64,000 nucleotides of DNA from positions 544,001 through 608,000 of the forward strand of contig CAWFOU010000001.1 of NCBI GenBank assembly GCA_963817525.1. The letters are read 5' to 3'. The stretch is from an uncultured archaeon. Its GTDB lineage: Archaea > Thermoproteota > Nitrososphaeria > Nitrososphaerales > Gagatemarchaeaceae. Positions 37,955 through 48,426 of this stretch are shown piece by piece; positions within the stretch are counted from its first letter, which is position 1; every line of letters starts with the position of its first letter. The translations under genes and the position numbers were made by a program. Under the pieces are notes generated by a model. The model made no database searches and had not been told where the DNA came from. It saw nothing but the letters and a program-made list of their open reading frames with translations.

Positions 37955-38269
37955 CTAGCGTAGGATTTCCATTCTGTGCGTCGGGTAGATCAGCCCTTCC
38001 GCGTTGGCGGTCGGCTCCATGAACACAGACTCCACTTCGCGGAATCTCTGCAGGAGGTCAAGACCGTCTGGGGTCGGGGTCACTACGACGCCTGAAGGTG
38101 TGTCCTTGCTTGCCAGTATGCCCTTCTTTTCCATAGAGTCGAGAGCGTCGTTGAGGACCGTCCAGGCGAGGTTCGCCTTGTACATTATCCTCGTCCGCTT
38201 CATCTCTCGCTCTTCAGCGACTACCTTCATGATGTCCATGAAGACTTCAAGCTTTGACCTTCGAATCAT
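37955..38269 (-). CDS. Winged-helix regulator, HTH_45/ArnR1-like family
   Basis: RRSKLEVFMDIM...TRIMYKANL...KGIL...TPDG. Confidence 0.85.
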   Translation of the reverse strand: MIRRSKLEVFMDIMKVVAEEREMKRTRIMYKANLAWTVLNDALDSMEKKGILASKDTPSGVVVTPTPDGLDLLQRFREVESVFMEPTANAEGLIYPTHRMEILR

Positions 38270-38568
38270 CGCGAAGACTAGTACGTAGGCGTGTTAGATA
38301 TCCTTCTTAGGGCTCTTTCCAAATTGCGGTCCTGAAAACTTATGGAAAACGGCAGGAATTCACGCTTGGGCCGTTTCCAGCTTGGCGGGGGAGAGGGGTG
38401 AAACCGCTGAAAACACCGCGAAATCACGGTGAAGTCGGGACAAAGTCGTGCAATCGACCCTCGCGAACGTCGGTCGCTCGGCGAAAGGGAAGATATACGA
38501 TTCTGAGGAGAGGGCGTCGCCCGGTCGCCGTCACCAAAATAGACTGGGGCATCCAAGAGCTTATACAG

Positions 38569-41500
38569 ATGGATGGAATGTCCTTTGAACGCGGACCTAG
38601 CTTGAGAGACCCTGTCTGCCTCTTTCCCACGAGAAGGACTCACAAGGACCTCATAGTGGTTTTTTTGGCGCTTTTTGCACTTGCTTTGCTGCTTGCGGCC
38701 AAACCCGCGCTGGGAGCGACCCTTACGGTCGGGACTCCCACGGCGACGCTAAACCCGGTCACCGTGGGGACGCAGACGACCATCACCGCAGGCACAGTAA
38801 ACGGTGGGACTGGTCCCTATACCTATGCGTGGATGGGCTTGCCCACGGGATGCAGCGACTCCACCTCGGCTTCGATAACGTGCACGCCGACTAGCGTGGG
38901 CGCTGGATCGTTTTCGGTGACCGTCACCGCGACCGACATGGCGGGGGACGCGGGGATGTCGAGCGCCCTCACCCTGGTCGTGAGTCCAGCAACGCCGACT
39001 CTTTCAGTAGTCTGCCCGACCCCTGACGTTGGGTACACGGCGACCTGCACCGCCACGCTGAGCAACATCGCCTACCAGCCGGACGGAACGGTGACCTTCA
39101 CCCAGACCTCTTCTGGCGCGCTGATATCGTCCTCAACTTTCGACTGCATGGTGGCCCCGATTACCTACTCGTGCACGACTGCCCCGGTGCAAACGAAGGG
39201 AGCGGGAACCGTCACCTTCTCGGTAGCTTACACGATGGATCCAAACAACTCGCCCACGCAAAACCCGGTGACCGCAACGCTCCTGATCGCGAAGGCCGCG
39301 AGCATTTTGACGGCAAACTGCGCCAGCTCGACCGTGGTGATCGGGACGCAGACGACTTGCACCGCGACCCTGAGCGGCACCTTTTCGCCTACGGGCACAA
39401 TCGCGTGGACTTTCAGCGGGATGGGCGCCTTCACCCCGAACGATTGCACCGTTCCTCCCGCTTCGTGCAGCGTCTCCTTCTCGCCCGCGACATCGGGCAC
39501 CATCACCGCCACCTATGCGGGTGACCCCAACAACGATGAGAGCTTCAAGTCCTTCGACCTAGCTGCTGACATCGGGGACAGCATCACTATCACGGTGGCC
39601 AACGGTGGCCCGTCGACCGTGATCGATCTTTCAGGCTGCTCGGTCTCGCCCACCACCATCTCGGCAAACGGGGTGGCCTGGACCTTCCAGGCGGCCTCTG
39701 GGTGCTCCGCGTTGGCCCTCACACTGCCTCCCGCGGGTGCGGACGCGAGGTACCTGTCGGCCAACGGCACGGGTTCGCTCGCAATCCCCACGTGCACTTC
39801 CAGCCCCTGCCAACCGTTCTCCGCGACCATCTACTACCAGTTCCAGAACACGTATCGGGTCACTCCCGAGAGCCCCTCGACCTGGGCTGCCTCGGGGTCC
39901 GTCCCAGTAACGGGGACGGCGCTGGGGAACGCGAGCGCACGCATCTGCACCATAACCATCACCACGGGGACGGGCGCGTTCTCCTGTGAGGGATGGTCCG
40001 ACTATGGCACGCAGGTCGTAATGGGGTCTCTATCATTATCCTCGACCCAGCGTGAGGCTGCCTCGCCCCCCGCCTTCACTGACACGTCCGCGGGAGGCAC
40101 CGACTACGACTCTAGCTACTACCTACAGGTCCTCGAGGGCTTCCAATATTCGCTCGTAGGGGGGACCACAGCACCTTCGGCTCCGGGCATCAGCTATACG
40201 GCCTTGGGGTCACCTGCGACGTCTCCTCTGACGGGCTCGGCTGCGTCCCTCTCGATCTGGATGGACTCGGGGACAAGCTGGAACGTTCCGCAGACAATAT
40301 CTGGCTCCACGGCGACCGAGCGCTGGTACAGCCCGGTGACCTCCGGGGCAGCGACCGGCGGCGCGACCATCTCGCTGGCCTACTATCACCAGTACTTCGT
40401 GGCGTTCGGATATTCGGTGATTGGAGGCGGCACGGTGTACATCCCTCCGTCTGAGCAATTCCAGGAGTCTGGGAACCAGACGACAGGGAGTCAGGGGTGG
40501 GCGGACGCCGGTTCTTCATACAGCTTCACCAATCCCCTTTCCGGGTCTACCGCGGGGGAGCGCTGGTTCTCGCAGGAGGCCACCGGGGCAGTGACGAGTG
40601 CAGGGCGGATAAACGCGACATACTACCGCCAGTACACCCTCACCCTCAGTTTCACGGTCACCGGCGGAGGGTCATACGACTCCCCCGTCCTGAGCTCAAC
40701 ATCTTTCGCCGCACCCGCGTCAGCGCAACTCTCTGCCGCCCCCACGGTGCTGTGGGCGGACTCGGGTGCAAAATGGTCGGTGACGACGCTGCTCCCCAGC
40801 TCCACCGACACGGAAAGGTGGATCACCCAGCAGACCGACTCGGGGACAGCGACGTCGGCCATTGTGCTGCAGCTAAAGTACTATCACCAGTACGCCGGGT
40901 TGTTCTCCTATAGCATCAAGGGCTCGGGAGGCTCCCCGCCCGTCCCCAAGCTCAACTACACGGAGTTCGGCTCGTCGGTCTTGGTCCCGCTCTCCTCGAG
41001 CCCTACGGTCGTCTGGCCTGACTCCGGCTCGGCATGGACCGCGCAGCCCACTATCCCCGGGGAGCAGGGCGAGCGCTGGCTCTCCAACGCGACGGCGCTT
41101 ACGCCGGTTGACAGCGGGTTCTCCGCCGACATACAATACTCTCATCAGTTCTACGTCGAGGTCGGGTTGAACACCGCGGCCGGCGGGCAGGTCGCAAACG
41201 CCGACCAATGGGAGTACCAGGGCAACTCGGTGATCCTGAACGCGACGTCGGCGCACCAGTGGACCTTCGCATATTGGCAAGGGGGGACGACCTACTCCTA
41301 CAACGGCACGACGCGCTCCCCTAGCCTGACCGTGACCGGGCCTGCGAACGAGACCGCGGTCTTCTACCCGGGTCTAAACATATCCACCGACAGCGACGGC
41401 TCGGTGGCCTATTCCTACGGCACGGTCGGCGGGGTGGTCCCCGCGGGGAGCAACGCCACCATCTACCCGCCTCTCGACAAGAACGTCACCCTGACGGCCA

Positions 41501-41739
41501 TGCCCAAGACGGTGGAGATAATGTTCCAAGGTTGGACGGGGGTGCTCAAGGGCTCCCAACTCCAGTCGTCGGTGGCAATAACCACCCCTGGATCGGCGCT
41601 CGCCACGTTCGCTACGGACTATACCGACATCAGAACCTTCACTCTTGCGGCTCTGTTCGTCTTCCTGTTGGCGGCCTACATTCTTGTCATCAGGCGTGGC
41701 TTTGCGCCCAAAGTCCCCAAGATCCCCGGTATCGGCTAG
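38569..41739 (+). CDS. Large membrane-anchored surface protein: Cys-containing Ig-like repeats, ERW..YYHQY repeats, InlB-B-like repeats (start uncertain)
   Basis: Signal peptide (AKPALG); GGTGPYTYAW; ITATYAGDPN; repeats paralogous to 27669-31618; C-terminal TM plus RR. Confidence 0.85.
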   Translation: MDGMSFERGPSLRDPVCLFPTRRTHKDLIVVFLALFALALLLAAKPALGATLTVGTPTATLNPVTVGTQTTITAGTVNGGTGPYTYAWMGLPTGCSDSTSASITCTPTSVGAGSFSVTVTATDMAGDAGMSSALTLVVSPATPTLSVVCPTPDVGYTATCTATLSNIAYQPDGTVTFTQTSSGALISSSTFDCMVAPITYSCTTAPVQTKGAGTVTFSVAYTMDPNNSPTQNPVTATLLIAKAASILTANCASSTVVIGTQTTCTATLSGTFSPTGTIAWTFSGMGAFTPNDCTVPPASCSVSFSPATSGTITATYAGDPNNDESFKSFDLAADIGDSITITVANGGPSTVIDLSGCSVSPTTISANGVAWTFQAASGCSALALTLPPAGADARYLSANGTGSLAIPTCTSSPCQPFSATIYYQFQNTYRVTPESPSTWAASGSVPVTGTALGNASARICTITITTGTGAFSCEGWSDYGTQVVMGSLSLSSTQREAASPPAFTDTSAGGTDYDSSYYLQVLEGFQYSLVGGTTAPSAPGISYTALGSPATSPLTGSAASLSIWMDSGTSWNVPQTISGSTATERWYSPVTSGAATGGATISLAYYHQYFVAFGYSVIGGGTVYIPPSEQFQESGNQTTGSQGWADAGSSYSFTNPLSGSTAGERWFSQEATGAVTSAGRINATYYRQYTLTLSFTVTGGGSYDSPVLSSTSFAAPASAQLSAAPTVLWADSGAKWSVTTLLPSSTDTERWITQQTDSGTATSAIVLQLKYYHQYAGLFSYSIKGSGGSPPVPKLNYTEFGSSVLVPLSSSPTVVWPDSGSAWTAQPTIPGEQGERWLSNATALTPVDSGFSADIQYSHQFYVEVGLNTAAGGQVANADQWEYQGNSVILNATSAHQWTFAYWQGGTTYSYNGTTRSPSLTVTGPANETAVFYPGLNISTDSDGSVAYSYGTVGGVVPAGSNATIYPPLDKNVTLTAMPKTVEIMFQGWTGVLKGSQLQSSVAITTPGSALATFATDYTDIRTFTLAALFVFLLAAYILVIRRGFAPKVPKIPGIG

Positions 41740-41741
41740 TC

Positions 41742-42116
41742 CTAGCGCGCTTCCGAGAGCTTCCGGAGGCCCTCGGCCATCGCGGGGTTGGAGGCGTTGT
41801 CGCAGCAGTACGCGAGCAGTCTGAGCTGCCTCCTGACCTCCTCATCCATCTCCCCCCTGAGCTTCGCCAGCTCCGCCTTGCCTTTGTTCGAGATGACGTA
41901 CCTCCTGACCGTCCCGCCCCGGTGGGGAAGCTCGACGATGCGCTCCCCCTTCCTCAGCTCCTCGAGGAGGAAGTAGATGGACCCGGGCCCGGGCTTCCAG
42001 ACCCCTCCGCTCGTCTTGCGGATCTGCTCCTGCAGCTCTGCCCCCGAGAGGGAGGACTCCGAGAAGAGCTGCAGGGAGACGAGCTTCAGCAGCCCCCGCG
42101 GTGCGCTTATCGCCAC
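41742..42116 (-). CDS. PadR-family transcriptional regulator
   Basis: PRGLLK...SGAEL...GVWKPGPGSIY.LL...YVISNKG. Confidence 0.88.
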   Translation of the reverse strand: MAISAPRGLLKLVSLQLFSESSLSGAELQEQIRKTSGGVWKPGPGSIYFLLEELRKGERIVELPHRGGTVRRYVISNKGKAELAKLRGEMDEEVRRQLRLLAYCCDNASNPAMAEGLRKLSEAR

Positions 42117-42152
42117 GGCCCGAGACTCGCCGGGGTTTGCTTATCTAATTAT

Positions 42153-43511
42153 CGTGGAAAACCCTGCGGCTTCGGCCGGGCCGCAAACGAGCGGCGTGGG
42201 ACTTTTAATACGCAATGAGAGTAACCCGCGTTGTAGAATGAGCGTCGCGTTCCGCTTTCGCCTCTATCCGTCATCCAACCAAGAAACAAGGATGCTCCGC
42301 TCGCTTGAGGCATCAAGGAGGCTTTGGAACGACGCCCTAGCGCACAGAAAGGCAAGATGGGAGAACGGGCGCAAGTCAACCTCATACAATCTGCAGGCGT
42401 CGATATTTACATCCGAGCGCGAACAAGATGTGTTGCTCGGCGCCCTCTATTCGCAGACTGGCCAGGACGTGCTCCGCAGGCTTGACAAGGCCTTCAAGTC
42501 TTTCTTCGCGAACCGCTCTGGCTATCCAAAGTTCAAAAAGTTCTGCGAGGCTGGCTCATTCACCTATCCGCAGGCCTATAATGGGTCGGTAAAGCCTGAT
42601 ATCGTAAGAAATAGGCTCTTCCTCTCGAAGATTGGGAACGTGAGGACCGTCTTCCACAGACCTCCCCTGAAGGACTCCCGACTGAAGACCTGCACCGTGG
42701 TGAGGGAGGTCGACGGAAAATGGTTCGCTTCACTTGTCTTCGAGGAGGTCGTGCCGCTGCAAAACCTCCACGCCACGTCGACCGCCGCAAATGCGCCGGT
42801 AGGTATCGACCTCGGCCTCGTTTCTCTCATTACCACTTCAGATGGAAAGAGAGTTCGCCACCCTCGCTTCTTGAAAAGAGCCGAGAAGCGCTTGAAGCAC
42901 CTTCAAAGAAGCCTCTCTCACAAGAAGAAGGATTCCAAGAACCGGTTCAAGACCCGACATCGAGTCGCATCCCAGTATGCGAAGGTCAGACGCCAGCGCC
43001 TGGATTTCAATCATAAGGTCTCTGCTCGATTGGTGAAGGCGTATGATCTCATCGCCTTCGAGGACCTCAAGGTCAAGAACATGGTCAGAAACCACAAGCT
43101 GGCGAAGTCGATAAGCGACGCGGGTTGGGGACAGCTCGTTACACTCACTGAATACAAGGCGCTAAGGAGAGGCTCAAGGGTGGTGCGCGTCCCCGCAGCT
43201 TACTCTACTCAAGAGTGCGCCCATTGTGGCGCACTCAACAAGATCGAGCTCGACGTTAGGGAGTTCGTCTGCATCGGCTGCCGTCGAACCCTCCACAGAG
43301 ACCCAAATGCCGCCCAAGTCGTGCTGAAGCGTGGTCTGGCCATCGCTGGCCTGACTTCGAAGGTAGGGCAGGACATGCCCGAACTCAAGCCCGTGGAGAC
43401 CAGGCCTCTGCTCCTCCAGACAACCGGAGGGGTAAGCCAGGTCAATGAAGCAGGAACCAGAAGCCCGCAAGGGCTGGAAGCCGCGGCCGTTTGGCCGTGC
43501 GCGGATGTCAC
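42153..43511 (+). mobile_element. IS200/IS605-family element, TnpB-only (IS1341-like)
   Basis: Left hairpin GAAAACCCTGCGGCTTCGGCCGGG after TTAT; right end GGAAGCCGCGGCCGTTTGGCCGTGCGCGGATGTCAC; no tnpA. Exact ends are inferred. Confidence 0.75.
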
Positions 43512-43524
43512 ATGCGCTGACTAG
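42238..43524 (+). CDS. tnpB: RNA-guided endonuclease TnpB
   Basis: FRFRLYP, GYPKFKK, RuvC-I GIDLG, RuvC-II FEDL, zinc finger CAHC/CIGC, RuvC-III HRDPNAA. Confidence 0.95.
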   Translation: MSVAFRFRLYPSSNQETRMLRSLEASRRLWNDALAHRKARWENGRKSTSYNLQASIFTSEREQDVLLGALYSQTGQDVLRRLDKAFKSFFANRSGYPKFKKFCEAGSFTYPQAYNGSVKPDIVRNRLFLSKIGNVRTVFHRPPLKDSRLKTCTVVREVDGKWFASLVFEEVVPLQNLHATSTAANAPVGIDLGLVSLITTSDGKRVRHPRFLKRAEKRLKHLQRSLSHKKKDSKNRFKTRHRVASQYAKVRRQRLDFNHKVSARLVKAYDLIAFEDLKVKNMVRNHKLAKSISDAGWGQLVTLTEYKALRRGSRVVRVPAAYSTQECAHCGALNKIELDVREFVCIGCRRTLHRDPNAAQVVLKRGLAIAGLTSKVGQDMPELKPVETRPLLLQTTGGVSQVNEAGTRSPQGLEAAAVWPCADVTCAD

Positions 43525-43531
43525 GAGGTTC
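43370..43531 (+). ncRNA. Predicted TnpB omegaRNA (reRNA) scaffold plus flanking guide
   Basis: Hairpins GCCC-GCAA-GGGC and GCGGCC-GTTT-GGCCGT before the TCAC end. Position follows known TnpB reRNA organisation; 5' boundary is a guess. Confidence 0.55.
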
Positions 43532-43542
43532 GCAAACCGGAT

Positions 43543-44508
43543 TTGCCCCACCACTGCATATCACACGTCAAGGATGTCGACGGGGTCTCGTCGGCCGCGC
43601 TCGTGCTCGCGGCAAAGGGGGGGACGTTCAGGCTCACCGACTACGACGACATCCTGAAGGAGGTCGACTCGGTGCCCGCGACTGCGACCAGCGTCACCAT
43701 CTGCGACCTGGGGACGAACGCCTCGAACTTCCCCGATTTCGTGGGGAGGCTCGCGGGGCTCGCCAAGAGGATGCCGGTGACGTACATCGACCACCACTAC
43801 CTCGCCGATGACGCGAGGCAGGAGATCCTCAAGACCGGCGTCGAGCTCCACCACGACGTCGTCGACTGCGCGTCCATGCTGACGTACCTGACCTACAAGG
43901 GGAGCCTGCCAGAGGGCGGCCGGCTGCTTGCCCTCTACGGGGCCGTGACCGATTACATGGACACGAGCCCCAACGCGGGCAAGATGATGGAGACGCAGGA
44001 CAGGCAGTTCGTCCTGCTCGAGTGCACCCTCCTCTCGTACGCCCTCGCCAAGAACGGCCGCGACTACTCCTACGCTGAGATGCTCGTGAACGAGCTAGCG
44101 GCGATGAAGGCCCCGCACGACATCGGCAACGTCGGGCAGGAGGCGCTAGCGCAGGCCGAGGTGGTGAGGATCCTTGCGGAGGAGGTGAGGATCAAGGGCA
44201 CACGGATGGGGAGGCTCGCCTACATGAAGACCTCGGAAAGCGCGACGGGCAACGTGGCGAAGCTCCTGCTCGGGGCCTTCGACGTCCCCGTGGGGGTAGC
44301 CTACAAGGAGAAGGGAGGGGGCAACGCGGAGTTCAGCCTCAGGGGGACCTCGGAGAGCAGGATCCACCTAGGTAGGGAGATCGGGGTGATCGCGCAGAGG
44401 CACGGAGGAAGCGGAGGAGGGCACGAAAGGGCGGCAGGGTGCTCGGTCCCGGTCTCGGAGGTCCAGGGCCTTCTGGCGGACCTGGAATCGCGGCTTGAGA
44501 AGCCCTAG
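43543..44508 (+). CDS. DHH/DHHA1-family phosphoesterase
   Basis: HVKDVDG, ICDLG, YIDHH, FSLRG and GGGHERAAG. Confidence 0.9.
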   Translation: MPHHCISHVKDVDGVSSAALVLAAKGGTFRLTDYDDILKEVDSVPATATSVTICDLGTNASNFPDFVGRLAGLAKRMPVTYIDHHYLADDARQEILKTGVELHHDVVDCASMLTYLTYKGSLPEGGRLLALYGAVTDYMDTSPNAGKMMETQDRQFVLLECTLLSYALAKNGRDYSYAEMLVNELAAMKAPHDIGNVGQEALAQAEVVRILAEEVRIKGTRMGRLAYMKTSESATGNVAKLLLGAFDVPVGVAYKEKGGGNAEFSLRGTSESRIHLGREIGVIAQRHGGSGGGHERAAGCSVPVSEVQGLLADLESRLEKP

Positions 44509-45011
44509 GAATGGGAAGGCGGGTCAGAGGCGTCGGCGAGCTTCTTGAAGAGGCCCACAAGATGATCCACCTCGTAAGGCGTTAGGGTGGAGATCGTCCT
44601 CTCGACGAACTGCTTGTGAAGGTCCATACCCTTTTGCAAGACGCGGTCTCCCTTGGGAGTTATCGCGATCAGCACCTCTCTCCGGTCTTCCCGGCTCCTC
44701 ACGCGCTCTACGAGCCCCCTGTCCTCAAGCTTGTCGACTATCCCCGTGATGGACGGCTGGGAGAGCATGGTCTCTTGGCTGAAGAAGTTCATTGGGGTCG
44801 AGCCTTTCTCGCGGAGGATCTTCATGATGCGTACCTCGGCGAGCGTCAGGTCGATGGAGGCAAGGTTCTTTTCGACGCCCCGCTGGAGCCGTTTCCAGCT
44901 GTCAGTAATCGAGCGCCAAAGCTCGAAGTCGTCGACCGGCTTTTCGCTGGTTCCGCCCGAGGCCCCCGCCTCCTTCGCGACCTCGCCCTGCGAAACCAAT
45001 GGCCTCTTCAC
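44505..45011 (-). CDS. MarR-family regulator
   Basis: [22 protein letters not shown]...ITPKG. Confidence 0.92.
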   Translation of the reverse strand: MKRPLVSQGEVAKEAGASGGTSEKPVDDFELWRSITDSWKRLQRGVEKNLASIDLTLAEVRIMKILREKGSTPMNFFSQETMLSQPSITGIVDKLEDRGLVERVRSREDRREVLIAITPKGDRVLQKGMDLHKQFVERTISTLTPYEVDHLVGLFKKLADASDPPSHS

Positions 45012-46753
45012 TTTTCTCCCGCTGGGCCTGCCGGCGCGGGGGAGTCAGCGGACTTTGCGATCGGTACCACGACCTGGGGCTGCGCCTCCTTGACCGGGGT
45101 AGCGGCCACGGGCTGGACCGGCGCGGTCCTGCGCATCCCGAACCAGGACGAGGCGGCCGCGATGAAGGAGAGCGCCCCTCCTATGTAGAAGGCGTCGTGA
45201 AGCGCAGACATGAAAGCAGGCGCTATGGCGGTGGGGAAGAACGTGTTGCCGAGCAGCAGGCTCTGTGTCGCCGTCGGCAAGGACCCCAGCACCGAGGCCG
45301 GGATGAGCGACCCGACGGGGTTGTAGCCCAGGAACGCCGCGAACAGGGCGGCGGTCGGCGGGAGGCCCTTGAAGGCGGTCGCGAGCTGCGGTGCGCCGGC
45401 GTTCGTCACGGCCGCCGTCAGGGCAGGAGCGAGCCCCGCCCCGAGCGCCACCAGGACTATGGAGAAGAAGATGGCCGTGCTCGCGGTCATGCCCGTGTTC
45501 TGCACGGTGGCCCTCATCCCAGACGCGGCCCCCCTCGTCTGGGGGGGAACGGAGTTCATTATCGCGACCGTGTTCGGGCTGGCGAACAGGCCCCCGCCAA
45601 GTCCCATCACGAAGATTATGACCGCGAACTGCCAGAAGATGAAGTCGTAGGGGAGCAGGGTGAGAAGGAGGAGGCACGTGCCTGAGATGAGCATGCCCCC
45701 CGTGGCAAGGCCTCTGGCTCCCCTTCTGTCGGCCAGGCGACCGCTTATCGGGCCCATGATGACGAAGCCCAAGAGCATCGGGGTGATGTAGAGCCCCGAC
45801 CAGAACGGCGTGGACTGGTAGCTGTAGCCGTGCAGGGGGAGCCAGATCCCTTGGAGCAGGATGATCAGCATGATCTGGGTGCCTCCCCTCCCTATGGAGG
45901 CGAGGAAGGAGGCCAGGTTTCCTGCCCTGAAGGCGGCGACCTTGAAGAGGTCGAGCTTGAACATCGGGTCCTGCACCCGGCCTTCGATGAACACAAAGCC
46001 GAAGAGGAGTGCGGCGCCAGCGACCAGCGAGCTCACGACCCAGGGGTTGCCCCAGCCGAAGTAGGAGGCGCCATACGGCAGCAGCCCGTAGGTCACGCCT
46101 ATCATTATCAGGGTCAGGCCGACCCCGAACGTGATGTTGCCCCAGACGTCGATCTTCTGCTTGCGCTCCGGTTTGGCTACCTCCTTCAGCATGAGGAAGG
46201 CGTACGCGGTGGCGAATATCCCTATCGGGACGTTGACTAGGAAGATCAGCCGCCAGTCGATGGAGGCCAGGACGCCTCCCAGGCTCAGCCCGAGCATCGA
46301 GCCCGCGATGACCGCGACCATGTTGATCCCGAGTGCCTGCCCCCTCTCCTTCACGGGGAAGGCATCGGTGATAATGGCGACGCCGTTGGCGAACAGGAAG
46401 GCTGCGCCCACCCCCATGATTATCCTGAAGACGATCAGCTCGAGCGCGCCCGTGTCCCCCGTGTTAGGGGTGAGATATCCCAGGATCGAGCCTATCGTGA
46501 AGATGGCGAACCCGAGGGTGTACAATTTGACCCTGCCATAGATGTCCGAGAGCCGACCGAAGGTCACCAGGAGGGTGGAGGTCACAACGCTGTATCCAAA
46601 GAGGATCCACAGCAGGTACTGGAAGGAGCTGAGCGGGTCTATCTGGAGGCCCCTGAAGATCGCGGGGAGCGAGATGAGCACTATCGTGCCGTCCAGCGAC
46701 GCCATCAGGACGCCGATGGTAGTGTTGGATAGCGCGATCCACTTGTACTGCAA
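45008..46753 (-). CDS. MFS drug/metabolite efflux transporter (DHA2, 14-TM type)
   Basis: [30 protein letters not shown] and [12 protein letters not shown]. Confidence 0.92.
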   Translation of the reverse strand: MQYKWIALSNTTIGVLMASLDGTIVLISLPAIFRGLQIDPLSSFQYLLWILFGYSVVTSTLLVTFGRLSDIYGRVKLYTLGFAIFTIGSILGYLTPNTGDTGALELIVFRIIMGVGAAFLFANGVAIITDAFPVKERGQALGINMVAVIAGSMLGLSLGGVLASIDWRLIFLVNVPIGIFATAYAFLMLKEVAKPERKQKIDVWGNITFGVGLTLIMIGVTYGLLPYGASYFGWGNPWVVSSLVAGAALLFGFVFIEGRVQDPMFKLDLFKVAAFRAGNLASFLASIGRGGTQIMLIILLQGIWLPLHGYSYQSTPFWSGLYITPMLLGFVIMGPISGRLADRRGARGLATGGMLISGTCLLLLTLLPYDFIFWQFAVIIFVMGLGGGLFASPNTVAIMNSVPPQTRGAASGMRATVQNTGMTASTAIFFSIVLVALGAGLAPALTAAVTNAGAPQLATAFKGLPPTAALFAAFLGYNPVGSLIPASVLGSLPTATQSLLLGNTFFPTAIAPAFMSALHDAFYIGGALSFIAAASSWFGMRRTAPVQPVAATPVKEAQPQVVVPIAKSADSPAPAGPAGEK

Positions 46754-46756
46754 GGG

Positions 46757-46806
46757 TAAACAGTTAGGCGCCGATTGATTAGGTTATAAACAATTCGGTC
46801 TCTAAT
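46757..46806 (-). promoter_or_regulatory. MFS-marR promoter with two imperfect repeats around the TATA box (putative MarR operators)
   Basis: TAAACAGTTAGGCGCCGATT (46757) and TAAACAATTCGGTCTCTAAT (46787), 30 bp apart; TTTATAA at 46784-46790. Confidence 0.5.
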
Positions 46807-46837
46807 AGTGCGGCGGCCATCGAAAGAGAGCGCTCGC

Positions 46838-47545
46838 TCACGCCGTGCAGCGGACGACGATCGACCCGCCCATCTGCCCCTCTTTCAAGGAGACAGCCCC
46901 GAAGTAGCCCGAGAGGACATTCGTGAGGGACTTGTTGTCCAGGACGAGCCTGTAGGTGTCGTGTAGGGAGCCGAACCTGAGCCCCGGCCGGCCGCCAGTG
47001 AGGAAGCCGATCAGCGGGGGCGCGACCCGGACGTAGGCCCCCACGAGCCTCGCCTTGACCCTCGACGCGGGTTTGCCGAGGTCGCAAAAGGCGAACCGGC
47101 CCCCGGGGCGGATGGCGCCCCGGATCTGCGTGAGCGCGGTCTCGAGGTCTTGGGAGTCCCTCAGCGAGAACCCCGCGACCGCCGCGGCGAAGGCCCCGGG
47201 CCTGAACGGGAGGAACTCGAAGACGCACTGAACCCTGTCGAACCCGGGCGCGTTCGCGAGCATCTTGCGCGAGGCGTCCGCGAGGACGGGCAGCCCTCCT
47301 GCGCGCGCAACGACCCTTGAGAGGGTCCCCGGGCCGGCCCCCAGGTCGAGGACGAGAGCACCCGTCTCCCCATCCACGGCGAACGAGGCGACGTCTTCCC
47401 TCATCGCCTTGTCAGAGAAGAGCGAGATGCGGCTCGAGCCCTTCTCGTAGATCGGGATTATCGCCTCCAGGGAGTCGACGACGCCCTTCCATTGTGAGTG
47501 GAGGCCCGGCCTGTTCGGCTGGTCGTCGCTACTCGAGCCTGTCAA
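46838..47545 (-). CDS. Class I SAM-dependent methyltransferase (UbiE/MenG-like)
   Basis: VLDLGAGPG, DASRKML, LPFR, FSLRD and RPGG. Confidence 0.88.
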   Translation of the reverse strand: MTGSSSDDQPNRPGLHSQWKGVVDSLEAIIPIYEKGSSRISLFSDKAMREDVASFAVDGETGALVLDLGAGPGTLSRVVARAGGLPVLADASRKMLANAPGFDRVQCVFEFLPFRPGAFAAAVAGFSLRDSQDLETALTQIRGAIRPGGRFAFCDLGKPASRVKARLVGAYVRVAPPLIGFLTGGRPGLRFGSLHDTYRLVLDNKSLTNVLSGYFGAVSLKEGQMGGSIVVRCTA

Positions 47546-48416
47546 ACCGCTTCATCGCCTTCGAGATGCGCTCCACAACGTCGGAGGCCACGATGTGCAG
47601 CCCGAGCTCGTTCGCTGCCTCGGCTCCCGCGAGCCCGTTGATGTGGGCGGCGCAGCAGGCGGCCTCGAACCTGCCCATGCCCTTCGCCCCGAGGCCGGAG
47701 GTCACCCCCGTGAGGACGTCCCCAGTCCCGCCCACCGTCATCGCGGGAGAGTGGGTGTTGTTGAGGCCCACGCTCTCGCCGTCGCTGACCACGTCCGTCG
47801 GGCCCTTGAGTAGGACGACGACGCCGTGCTCCCCGGCGGCCTTCCTCACTACGGGGACCCTCTCTTCGAGGGCGTCGGGGAGCTTCTGGCCGAAGAGCCT
47901 CTCGAACTCCCTGGCGTGAGGGGTCACAACCATCTTCGCAAGCTGGACCTCTGGCGCCTCGAGGATGTTCGGGCGCAGGGCGTCGGCGTCGACGACCAGA
48001 GACTGGCACTTGGCGGAGAGGGTGGCGAGGGCGGTCTTGAGCTCTTCGGGGTTCTGCGGCCCGAGGCCGGGGCCTATCCCGATGCACCCCAGTTCGGGAA
48101 GCCAGCTGGCCAGGCGCTTGGCGTTCCCCCTGGTGAGCTTGCTGTCCGGAAGCGGGAGCACGATGAGGTCGGGAGAGAGCGACCTTATCGGGGTGGCGAC
48201 CATGCTGGGGACTGCCACGTAGACGAGGTCGACCCCAGTCCGCGCGGCGCCCATGGCGCAGAGGAACGGCGCCCCGTGGTAGGTCCTGCTGCCCCCGACG
48301 ACGCAGACGACCCCGTTCATCCCCTTGTGGGAGTCCCTCCTCCTTGGAGGGAGCTTCGCCCTGACGTAGGCTTCGTCGATTTCGAAGGTGGAGGCGGGAC
48401 CCATGGCGGCTCTCAA
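47529..48416 (-). CDS. nnrD: ADP-dependent NAD(P)H-hydrate dehydratase
   Basis: DSHKG..G.V.VVGGS..Y.GAP, GPGLG, VVDADAL, TPHAREF and GGTGDVL. Confidence 0.93.
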   Translation of the reverse strand: MRAAMGPASTFEIDEAYVRAKLPPRRRDSHKGMNGVVCVVGGSRTYHGAPFLCAMGAARTGVDLVYVAVPSMVATPIRSLSPDLIVLPLPDSKLTRGNAKRLASWLPELGCIGIGPGLGPQNPEELKTALATLSAKCQSLVVDADALRPNILEAPEVQLAKMVVTPHAREFERLFGQKLPDALEERVPVVRKAAGEHGVVVLLKGPTDVVSDGESVGLNNTHSPAMTVGGTGDVLTGVTSGLGAKGMGRFEAACCAAHINGLAGAEAANELGLHIVASDVVERISKAMKRFDRLE

Positions 48417-48426
48417 GCACCCTCTC

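Noticed and set aside
41977-42237. 87-aa N-terminal extension of TnpB in the ORF track
   Set aside because: It overlaps padR antisense and crosses the element's left end. A TTTAATA box and MSVAFRFRLYP support the start at 42238.
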